A stretch of DNA of 64,000 nt, from positions 77,686,001-77,750,000 of the forward strand of contig CM060732.1 in NCBI GenBank assembly GCA_030704615.1. The letters run 5' to 3'. The notes under the pieces were generated by a model. It was not told the origin of the DNA and made no database searches. It was given only the letters and a program-made list of their open reading frames with translations. This DNA is from Takakia lepidozioides (Eukaryota > Plantae > Bryophyta). Below, one piece after another: positions 30,097 through 40,351 of this stretch (positions are counted from its first letter, which is position 1; each line of letters opens with the position of its first letter). Position numbers and translations under genes: made by a program.

Positions 30097-31429
30097 TGTC
30101 AAGTTAGTTTACCACTAGTGTGAAACTAGCTAGGAAATAGCTAGCTTTTACATATTGACATTTGGGATTGGCCCAAGTGTCAATCCAGGGGTCAAGGCAG
30201 ATTTAGGCCCTGGAGTGGTTATCTTCACGGCAAGCGCGGGAGGCTCATCTTTCTCGAGTTGAGCCTCACCGCGCCTAGCTATGGCGCCGTAGTGTGGATT
30301 CCCCATGGCGTGGGGTGGACTTGGCTTGACTTGTATTTGAGTGATGAGGTTATATATGCATGAGTTTATGCTTCAGCTTTGTGAGCTCTCATGAGCTTGT
30401 GCTTGTATTCTTCTTCTTTATCACTCGAGAAAGATGAGCTCGTATCTATGAGTACCAGATACGAGTTAGTTGTAGCACTTGTGGTTTTTGCTTGAGAATG
30501 AGAGAAACCAGGTTGTTATGCAAAGAGCACCGTGGAGCTCTTGGTTGTTAGAAGCGGAGGCGATGTGGGTTACGAGGTGGTAAACCTTGGCATTCGATCT
30601 TCAGCTTCAGAGATGAAAATCATGGTAGATCGTGGTAGATCATGGTAGATCACGGTAATTGTTCCAATCCCAGATTGCGATCTTTTTTTTCTCCCGCCCA
30701 TACTGCAGGTAATTCCAGAGCACCTTGATGGTTTCAGATTGTGTACATGCATGAGCAAGCACGATTGGGAAGAGGACCAGTCAAGAGCAGGTTATAGTGG
30801 CTTTGGTGGCAAAGCTGAGAACTGGACTTGGGAATGCGAGCTTTCATTGTGTGAAGGATGGCAAGACCAAGCGAAAGGGCTGATTTGGCTTGGGGCAAAT
30901 CAGTGCACTTTGTGGAGTATGTTGAGAGTGGGTTTCAATCTCGAGCTTCAGCATTGAGAGGGCTCTTGTCATGGCAAGAGCAGGGCTGGAACAGGAGCTA
31001 AGAGGTGCGGCAAGGCCATGGAATGTGCACCTAGGGTTTCAGAGCTTGGAAGAAGAGCTCTTGCACCACAAAAGGAGTGTCTTGTGGCTGGAAATGTAAG
31101 CCTTAGGGTTTCAGGAATAGGCTATAAGACAGATGCTATGGCCAAAGGAAACGCTTGAATGAGTGCTCACAAGGGCTAGAAACCAGCAAGGATTGGTTGT
31201 TTGCCATTGACTTTAGTGGCGTGTTTGGGGAGTCTAAGTGAGAAAGAAAGCTTGGTTTGTGGCAACCATCTTCCTCATGGCTTAGGGCTACTATTGGTGG
31301 TGTGTGGGAGCCGAAAGAGCAAGAATACCTTGCTGATTTCTTCACAGCCGCCATAGCTTGGTGCAAAGAAGCCTAGAGTCCAAGAGACACAAACCCTAGC
31401 TTGGCGTGGCTAAACCCCTTGGAAAAATG

Positions 31430-31890
31430 GCTGTGATGGGCTGTGACAGGCTGTGCCCTGTGGCCTGTGGGGCTATGACGGGCTGTGAGGGGCTGTGACA
31501 GGCTATGGCGAGCTCTGACAGGCTGTGGCGGGTTGTGACAGGCTGTGGCGAGCTGTGACGGGCTGTGAGGGGTTGTGACAGGCTGTGCCCTGTGGCTTGT
31601 GGGGCTGTGATAGGCTAAGCCCAGTGGCCTGTGGGGTTGTGACGGGCTGTGAGGGGCTGTGACAGGCTGTGGCGAGCTGTGATGGGCTGTGAGGGGCTGT
31701 GACAGGCTGTGGCGAGCTGTGACGGGCTATGAGGGGCTGTGACAGGCTGTGGCGGGCTGTGACAGGCTAAGCCCAGTGGCCTGTGGGGCTGTGACGGGTT
31801 TGTGACAGGCTGTGGCGAGCTGTGACGGGCTGTGAGGGGCTGTGACAGGCTGTGCCCTGTGGCCTGTGTGGGGCTGTGACGGCTGTGATC
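31430..31890. repeat. 10-bp tandem array (GGCTGTGACA/GGCTGTGAGG/GGCTGTGGCG) in the leader of copy 2
   Basis: About 45 degenerate 10-bp units with higher-order recurrence. Confidence 0.92.
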
Positions 31891-32626
31891 AGTGAGCTGT
31901 GTGGGCCTGTGCTGGTCTGTGGTGGCCCGTGTTGACCTGTGGACGGCCTGTGCTGATTCGTGGAGGCACTGGTGGACTGCCTAAGGACTGACATGTGGTC
32001 TTGAAGGCCGAATTTTGAAGCTCGTGGAGGGCGGTTTGAGGAGTATCTTCATGATATTCCCATGGTCATGCAAGTAAGGGAAGAGAGGAGATGAAGAGTG
32101 TTGGGATGAGGGCATGTTGGGGTTAGGCATTGCTTTAGCTTCTCTTCCTCGTAGTTTCCACCCTCTCATTAGGCCAAGACCTTTCCGTAGGTGGAGACAA
32201 GAGTCAGTCCGGGTTTTGGGCTAGGGTGTCCTTGCAGGAGCAACACCGTGGAGTTGTTTTTGGTGTGGGGGAGTTGTCGTTCTGATTTCTTGTGTTTGGA
32301 TCCCCTCCATACCTGCATGCTTGACTGTGCGCCATGCTAGTTTTGTGTGGCGCTTGTTTTTATAGGTGATTGGTCCGGATTTGATCACCACCCAGTCCTA
32401 GAGCATGCTTTCGATGGTGAGGCTGGGGTGATGACCAGCCAGACCATCATTGTTTCTCCTGTGGTGAGGTTGGAGGTGATGACCAGCTGACCATAGGAGT
32501 GCTTGCGGTGGATGCAGGTACAAGTATAGGCTATGTTAGGAACTTAATATTCCAAACAATAAGCCACAACAGGTTCTCTACCCGGTTACCTTGTGGAGAG
32601 GGGTTTAGGGACATGTTCATGACCGG

Positions 32627-34695
32627 TTGAGTGTCAACACGGAGGTGCCACTAGTTACTGGGGACAGTGCCGGTTCGAGCACTAGCGATACTAGTGGGTA
32701 CACGAGACGAGGTGTGCGGTTTAGGCCACCTTCACCTCCTGTGTCTTCTACGGAAGGTTCTGATATTGTGAATCAGGAGGACTCATACCGGCGGTGCAAG
32801 TTGTTTCTTTGCCATTGTTGTGGGACACAATGGAGGAGATGTATGGAGCTACCAAGGGGCCACGAAGGTACTCTGGGGCGGTGGGCACCATCGAGTTGGA
32901 TGATTTTATCCAAGAGTTTGATAGTTGGTGTGATTTGCAGCAAATGCGCAATCCACAACTATTTACGCCTTTCATGGCATGGAAGGGGCTGTTTCAGCAC
33001 CTTGAGGGGCCGCCTATGGATGATTACCATGAGCTCAGGCGGGGGCATGAGGTTGAGATCGAGGAGTGGAGGATGTACTGGTTACCCGACTATGTCTCCA
33101 TTACTAGGGGCACTAGAGCCACGAGGGCAGTGGCTACACCTGCCGCTGCACCGGCAGCTTCAGCAAGTAGCAGTGGGACTAGTGGTACAGTAGCTATGAC
33201 GTCCACCCAAGCTACTATCGCACCAGCACTAGTACCCGTGCTTGCCTTCAACCCTGTTGTGGAGTTCTTCGAAGAGTTGAGAGGGAACTACCAAGGGGTG
33301 AGGACAGAGAAGTTGCGGAGCTTGCAAGAGTTCCAACAAAAGCCGACCGAGAGCTTGAGGGAGGCTTTTACTCGCATGAGGCGCTTAATAAATGTAACCC
33401 AAGGGGTTACGGAAGCTCAGGCAGTCTAATTCTGGTATGGGATATTGGACAAGGAGCTGAGGAGAAGGGTGCGGGATGCAACTCTCCTACAAGTGACCCA
33501 ACCCACCTTAACAAATGTGTTTTTGCTGGCAGAGCGGATAGAGCTCAACATGGTGGAGGAACGAGTGATCATGGTGGGATTTGCTAAGGAGACACCACGG
33601 GGTAGTGGTGCTCCTAGCCAACCACTACCTCAACGTGCTCAAGGCAACAAGGGGGCTCAGGTGAAGCTCAGGGAACGGCAGAGAGGACCTCAGATGCATG
33701 GGTCTCTCCCTTCATTTGCTGGCCAACAATGGGCGGATGTGGTGTGCTGGACATGTGGAGGACCCCATGTCAAGAAGGATTGCCCAGAGGGAGGCAAAGA
33801 GCCGGCACATGCATAGCCCGCACAGTTGCAGTGTGGGCATTGTGGCAAGCACGGGCATGGAGAGGCCCAGTATTATGGTTTGCATCCTGAGTTGCGCCCA
33901 GGCCAGTTCCAATGGAACAATGGTGGCCGGGGGCGAGGTGGAGCAGCCCATAGAGGACGAGGTGGCCAGGCACGAGGTGCAGGCCAAGGGCAAGCTCAAC
34001 ATGGCCAAGGACGCGGAGGTTAGGGTGTTGACCAAGGCATGGCCAACCGGCTTCAGCAGCTAGAGCAGAGGCTCGCTGCCATGGGTACAACTCAGGTGGT
34101 ACCGGCTCCAAGGCCGGATGGTCCACCTCCTGCTCCTGGAGGAGATATGGGAGGCATGGGATTCATGTGAAGAGTAGCACTACCACTAGTGCAGGTGGAG
34201 TCTGCTGCAACCGTGACTCGAGGAGCAGCACGAGTTCCTGAGCCACGAGGTGCAGAGGTGGAGTTGGATCCACAGCGTGGGGAGGCAAGCCATCAGGCTA
34301 GGCTTCCTCAGTCATTCACATTGGCGGAGACAGTGTCGACGCCATCCATGGCACCTAGTTCTCGCCCGATTGTTACCGAGGCGGAGGTTACTATGCCATT
34401 GGGGAGAGCTACACGGGTAGCACCACTACCTAGTGTTGCCAAGGCTACGGCAGCTAGTGTGCTGCTAGGAGCGGCCACATTTGTGTGCCAGGCTCCATTG
34501 TTCTCGGCTACCATGATTGCGACGCCGGGGGTAAGACCAACTGAGGTGTTCAGACTGGCAGCTACACTATGTGAGAGTGGGGAGGTTACTTCATCTTCTG
34601 CGGAGATAGTGGGAGGTGTAGTGCCGGAGGGATCCTCGGATTTGAGGATCAAGACTGCCATGGTGGCGCCATGGCAAGCTGCAGCTGCCAGCTAG
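32627..34695 (+). pseudogene. gag of copy 2 with two CCHC zinc knuckles and an RG-rich region
   Basis: LDDFIQEFDSWCDLQQM...FQQKPTESLREAFTRMRRL; CWTCGGPHVKKDC; CGHCGKHGHGEAQY; in-frame stops at 33427, 33814, 34021, 34168. Confidence 0.8.
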
Positions 34696-34769
34696 GCCAG
34701 CCATTGAGCGCGCCATGGTGACACCTGGAGTTGTCATGTTAGACAACCAGGATGACATTTTCTGTTTGA

Positions 34770-35315
34770 GTGGACCTGGCAAGCAAGAGGTACCGGCCAC
34801 TACGGGTCTTGTTGGACTCGGGAGCTCAGCCATTGATGTTGGGCAGAGCTGCTATTGCAGGCTTGGGCCTCACGGAGGCGGATATGGAGCCTTGTCCTTT
34901 CCAGATACAGACGTCTCTGGGAGGATCGGAGCAGGCTCGGGGCATGACACGGCGTGAGTTGGCTATCAGACTACGGCCGGATCACCCTACAGATGGCTCA
35001 GTGATGCAAGCCAAGGCCATTGTGACAGACGCGGTCTCATACGATGTCCTGGTTAGTGGGGCAGTGTTGTACCCCATGGGCTTCACCCTGGATTTTTGGG
35101 AGGAGTCAGCTTCCTATAGGCCTGCATGGCAGTCAGGGGAGGGCCAACATGTGCAGCTCCCTGTGACGTTCATAGGAGGAGTTGCGGTTGCCCAGCGAGG
35201 CAAGATGCCGACACTAACAGCATTCACAGCGGCAGTGAGTTGGCCTAGAGAGTTGCTTGAGGGCAACACTCATTCAGAGGATGTACAACCTCCGGGAGAG
35301 CTGGATGACATGTAA
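34770..35315 (+). pseudogene. Aspartic protease of copy 2
   Basis: RVLLDSGAQPLML ... YDVLVSG (D-S-G active site and DxLxG flap motif). Confidence 0.85.
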
Positions 35316-35528
35316 GGTATGGCGGAGTTGCCTATCATGGTTGCTCAGACTCCATTGTGGGGCACGAGCAAGGATTTGCAGCGGGAGGCTGATTGACGGG
35401 TGCAACAAGCCTGGGTGGAGGCTTTTGTACCGTCAGGAGAGGAGGAGAGTCCGGGGATTGCACCAGGACCACCTCAGTTGTCTCCATTTGACACCACACT
35501 TATTGTGTGGCAGTATCCGGATGAAGGC

Positions 35529-36480
35529 ATTTGTCTTCTGGACTTGTTTGGCGGGATCAGTACCAGATTGGCTGCTGTGTTATAGGCAGGTGTACGAGTT
35601 CGGCGTTACCTGTATGTGGAGAGGGATGAGACTGCACGACGTGTTTTACTTCGCCATGTTGCTCAGTTGGTGCAGCGGTACCCTGAGTTGTTGTCGGTGT
35701 CTGCAATTCATGGATATCAGTAGGCCTTGCCAACAGACATTTCGTTGCTGGGGGCACAGGATTTGGAGCGGGTTGGCTCCATTAATCTGGTAGTGGCAGG
35801 TTGGCCCTGCCAAGGGCATTCATCAGCCGGACATGGCAATGGATTGCGAGACTTGAGGTCGGGTCTGTTTTGGGAGATGATGCGGGTTTTGCGCCACTTG
35901 CAGCTTCATCAAGCTGTATCTCCAACATACATCTTGGAGAATGTGCCACTGATGGGCGATTCTCGGGCCAGGGTGATGGCCAGTGTGCATCAAGTCCGGT
36001 TGTGGCTTGGGTCAGCAGTGTTGCTAGATGCAGCTACAGTGGAGTCACGGGCTCATCGTCCACGGCTATGGTGGACTAACTTGATGCCACCCGCACTACT
36101 CAAGCGTGCATTTGATGGGGTGCAGCGGCCAGCACATCTCACAGTGGATATCATTCTAGACACAGGGAGGCAGTCTCAGCGTGTGAGACATGATGACCGT
36201 TCGCCTTTGGAAGTGGTCAACAAGGTGGGTCAACCACGAGCAGCATTACCTACATTGCTCAGCTTCCCAGGATCGCATGCTTTCCGGGATAGTGGACCTG
36301 GCCTTCTATGGGATGCTCAGTTGCAGCAGTTAGTGGAGCCTAATGCTGACGAGCATGAGCAGGCAATGGGTTATACCACTGGTACCACGGCGGTGTCGTC
36401 TCTTTCTGAGGCATCACGTCGTCAAGTGTTGGGGCAAGCAATGGATCTCAATTACTTGACCTGGATTATCAGCTTTGCTA
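35529..36480 (+). pseudogene. C5-cytosine DNA methyltransferase domain (DNMT3-like) embedded in Pol of copy 2
   Basis: Motif I LDLFGGIST (~35538), motif II YVERD, motif III DI, motif IV GWPCQG (Cys 35808-35810), RSGLFWEMMRVL, motif VI ENV (35937), motif VIII AHRPRLWWTNL (~36051), motif X RRQVLGQAMD (~36417); same frame as PR and RT; two in-frame TAG stops (35583, 35721). Confidence 0.92.
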
Positions 36481-36935
36481 TGGCTGAGCAACGCAGAATG
36501 CGGAGTACACTTCCCTCGATGGTCTCTTTGCCTACCGAGATGGTATAGGCAGTGAGTGGGGGCAAGCATGTGAGGACCACGGGGTGCAGGCATCCATGAC
36601 ACACGTGGGAGGTGCTTGAGGTTCAGAGGGAGTTGGCAGCCAAGGTGGCGATGAAAGATGAGGTTGGGGATTTTTCTCGGGTGGAGGAAGTCCTTGAGGA
36701 TGAGATAATGGGGCAGGATGAGGCCTTGTCACTGACTGAGCAGGTAGGGAGTACTGCTCAAGAGGTTGCAACATAGCAACCACTGGATGCGTCCTCTACC
36801 TCTAAGTCCACTGGACTTAAGGTTGCAGTTACGGAGGACAATTGGGAGCCTAACATTGGACCCATTGTCACCGGAGGAGAGAGACGACGTATACGGCGGT
36901 TCCTGAGGGCTTACAGGAATTGCTTTGCCTTCAGT

Positions 36936-38350
36936 TTGAAGGACTTGGGAGCACTGAAGGGTCAAGAGATCCGTATTGAGTTGGCCACTGACACGCCAAT
37001 CTTTCGGAGACCCTATAGATACAGTGACATGGAGAGGTCTTTGATTCAGATGAGGACTCAAGATCTCTGGGAGGCAGGTTTGGTGGAGCTCTCTGGTGGA
37101 GAGTATGCTTCAGCCACAGTGATGCCAGCCAAGAAGGATGTCTATGGCAATTGGACGGAGAGAGGTATGTGCGGTGATTACCGGCCTGTAAATCGTCAGA
37201 CCAAGTCCGATAAGTATGCCATGCCAACACCAGAGGAGATCTTTGATGCTATCGGGCATGCTAAGGTCTTTAGCACTTTAGATTTACGATTCGGATATCA
37301 CCAGTTGCCAATCAAGGAGGCGGACCAGCAGAAGACGACATTATGGGGGATCAATGAGCACGGCAAAGATTGCCTATATCAATGGCGGTTCTTACCATTT
37401 GGGCTTAAGAATGCTCCTGCAGAGTTTCAGAGAGTCATGGATAGGATTTTAGCAGGGGTGGACTTTGCTCGGTGCTACATAGATGACATCATCATCTTTA
37501 GTGTTACGATGGAGGAGCATGAGAGACACCTTCAGGTGGTATTGGAGCGCTTGAGAGCGCACGGATTGAAGTTGCATCCGGGGAAGTGCAAGTTTTTCCA
37601 CAACCAGATTGAGTATCTGGGTCACATGATATATCCTGGAGGATTGGGGGTACAGCAGACTAAGGTAGAGGCCATTGCACAAATTCCACGCCCCACGGAT
37701 GTGAGCCGAGTTCGAGCTTTCATGGGGTTGGCAAACTATTATAGACAGTTTGTCAAGGGATTTAGTACCATTGCAAAGGCTCTAACCAAGCTGACCAAGG
37801 TGGACCAGGAGTGGCAGTGGGAAGATGAGCAGGAACGAGCTTTTCAAGAGCTCAAGGCGAGGTTGACCTGGGCGCCTATCCTGAGACGACCTATCAGGGG
37901 GCGTCCCTTTCAGCTGCATACGGATTGGAGCATGCTGGGGCTTGGAGCGGTGCTCACACAGGTGGATGATGAGGGAAGAGAGTTCGTAGTGGCTTATGCT
38001 AGCCGCTCGAACAACGCTGCAGAGGCTAAGTACAGCTCATATGAGGGAGAGTGCTTAGCTGCAGTGTGGGCCGTAACACACTTCAGGTGCTATCTATACG
38101 GCAATCTTTTCACCCTTGTCACGGATCACCAGCCACTCAAGTGGTTGATGGAGTCAGACAAGCTTACGGGGAAGCTTGCACGGTGGGCACTCATACTCCA
38201 AGAATATGACTTTCAGGTTGTGCATCGACCGGGTTTGGTCAATCGGGATGCGGATGGATTGAGTCGTAATCCATGCATGAGCCAGCATGATGACACTGGA
38301 GCTCGGTGGCATGGTGAGACGGACAAGGAGATGGTGCCGGGATGGCACGC
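36936..38350 (+). CDS. Reverse transcriptase and RNase H of copy 2 (open part of Pol)
   Basis: MCGDYRPVN, FSTLDLRFGYHQ, PFGLKNAPAEFQR, YIDDIIIFS, LHTDWS, YEGECLAAVWAV, TDHQPLKWL, DADGLSR. Confidence 0.95.
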
Positions 38351-38639
38351 ATCTGCATTTTTGTGTATCTTGGCATCGGGAGGTCAGGTTGGACCTACAA
38401 CAGGGATGACTGTAGACAGAGTGTCTGGGACCCTGAGGCTAGTGATGAGCCAGGTGGTGCCAGAGATATACATGAGGATTCGGCTGTGTTGGACTACCTC
38501 CGCACGGGAGACACGGCAGCCACTGTGACTGCCAGGGAGAGGGATCGGATCCTGCAATGAGCCAAGAGGTTCAAGTGGGAGGGGATACACCCACTTCGAG
38601 TGTGGGATGATGGTTGAGTGAGGATTGTGCCTCACCCCA

Positions 38640-39720
38640 CACAACGTGCACAGTTAGTGCGGCATGCCCATGATGAGTTGGGGCATTTTGGAGTGCGACG
38701 CACTCACAGTTTACTGCAGGGGTAGTATTGGTGGCGTGGTATGCATACAGAGATGCAACAGTTCGTGGCTAGGTGCATGGTGTGTGACAGGGTGCGTGCT
38801 TCATTCAACGCCCCTACACCACAGTTGCATCCTTTACCAACCATGGGATTGGGCTACAGGTGGAGTCTTGACTTCGTAGGACCGTTGCCACTAACTATGC
38901 GCCACCACATATATGTGTTGGTGATGGTGGAGCACTTCTCCAAGTGGATTGAGTTGGTTCCATTGCCTGATAAGGCTAGTGAGAGGGCTGCGTATTGGAT
39001 CGTGGGCTTAGCCGATTTGGTGCTCCAGCTGAGGTACTCACGGACCAAGGGAGAGAGTTCTTGGGGGAGTTTCAGGCTTTGTGTGATAAAGCCTTGATAG
39101 ACCACCGCACCACTTCTCGGGATCATCCTGAGGCCGATGGCTTAGCAGAGAGAGTTGTTCAGACGGTGAAGAGGGGTTTGCGCAAGTATGGCTTACAGAA
39201 GGGACACCTAGGAGATTGGGATCTTCAGGTTCCTTGGTTAGCCATGGGCTACAGGTTCAGCAAACAAGCATCACTTGCCTCCTTCTCACCATATTTCCTT
39301 CTCTTTGGCCGAGAGCCGGATTTGCCTGCAGCCATTCATAGGGACACTGCTCAAGTCCTTAACCTTGACGATCCGGACGTATGGGTACGTGCATGTGATC
39401 AGCGTGCAGAGTTGTTCAAGAAAGTCATGCCCATGGCTTTTGAGAACCTTGCCATTGCACAACACCGTGATACGTTGAGGTATGCCACTATACGTGGTGG
39501 AGGATATCGTCCTGGGGTTCGGAGGTTTAGCCCTGGTGACTATGTTTATTTGCAGCAGACTGTTCCTACGACTCTGGATGTTACTGCAGGGCGTGTTATT
39601 CTGAGGGTTCGAGAGGTGTTGCCCTTAGGGGTCCTGATCTTGGAGGGTCGGGATGACATGACTTGGAAGGACTATGTGCGTAATTGTGCGCTATGTCACC
39701 TTCCCAATGTCGATGGCAGA
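38640..39720 (+). pseudogene. DDE integrase of copy 2 (frameshifted)
   Basis: HAHDELGHFG...CMVCDR (HHCC), WSLDFVGP, VLTDQGREF, DGLAERVVQTVK, SPYFLLFGREP. Confidence 0.92.
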
Positions 39721-39759
39721 GTTGACCCAAACTTGGCAGTGGTACCTGCAGGTTTGAGG

Positions 39760-39893
39760 TGCATGCTCTGTGGGTCTACCAAAGGGGCAGCCACCATGCT
39801 AGTGTGTGATCGATGCTCAAGGGGTTGGCATATGAGATGCTTGACACCACCTCTTGAGAAAGTTCCTGACGGAGATTGGTTGTGTCCACCTGC
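39760..39893 (+). other. PHD finger (C4HC3) at the integrase C-terminus
   Basis: CMLC...MLVCDRCSRGWHMRCLTPPLEKVPDGDWLCP; the last Cys codon (TGC 39891-39893) is in a shifted frame. Confidence 0.9.
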
Positions 39894-40153
39894 TTGGGAT
39901 AGTGGCAGTGGACATGACTGGATAGGCAGCTAACAAGACATGGGAGGCCAAACTCATAGGAGTCAATACATGAGATCCCAAGCTCAAGTTCACAGGTTGC
40001 AAGACGGCGACTAACGATGGGGCAACTCTTGCACCTGGCCTCTTGATCTATCGAGTTTGAGTGTAGTAGGGATAGTGGTGGAGGACTTAGTGAGGCTATG
40101 GTCACTATCACATCTTGTGGCTACCTGGACTTAGAGGGACCTAAGCACCAACT

Positions 40154-40351
40154 AGGGGGGCGATTGTGTGGACTAGTGACTGCCATAGTGGGCAGCATAG
40201 TGGCAGCCTAGTGACTGACTAGTTGTAGCCTAGTGGTTGGACTAGTGGCTGGACCAGTGGTGGACTAGTGATATACTAGTGTGTGGCGTGCACATGTGTT
40301 GTGTGGTTTTGGACAACGATGTAATTGTGTAGCGATATGTATGCCCACACA
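40154..40351 (+). other. PPT-like tract (AGGGGGG, 40154-40160) followed by a 187-bp 3'-terminal segment TGTGTGG...CCACACA
   Basis: Purine tract a few bases before TG; 7-bp inverted ends; CTAGTG-rich interior; no matching copy seen at the 5' end. Confidence 0.7.

Larger units (their letters stand above)
30097..40351 (+). mobile_element. Full-length (10.25 kb) Ty3/gypsy-like retroelement: long leader-gag-PR-DNMT-RT-RH-INT-PHD, dissimilar termini, inserted in a LINE
   Basis: Starts TGTCA (30097), ends ACACA (40351); the LINE reading frame (..KAWQTIW|AAWCKLR..) is split at these points; all domains recognisable, in gypsy order RT-RH-INT. Confidence 0.9.

Noticed and set aside
35529-36480. Host DNMT3/DRM gene or bacterial restriction-modification contamination
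   Set aside because: Intronless, in frame with PR and RT, and at the same position in two element copies; no partner endonuclease; motif order is not DRM-permuted
30113-40284. ACTAGTGTG shared by both ends of copy 2 as a split direct repeat or R region
   Set aside because: Only 9 bp in CTAG-rich sequence; not distinguishable from chance without more copies
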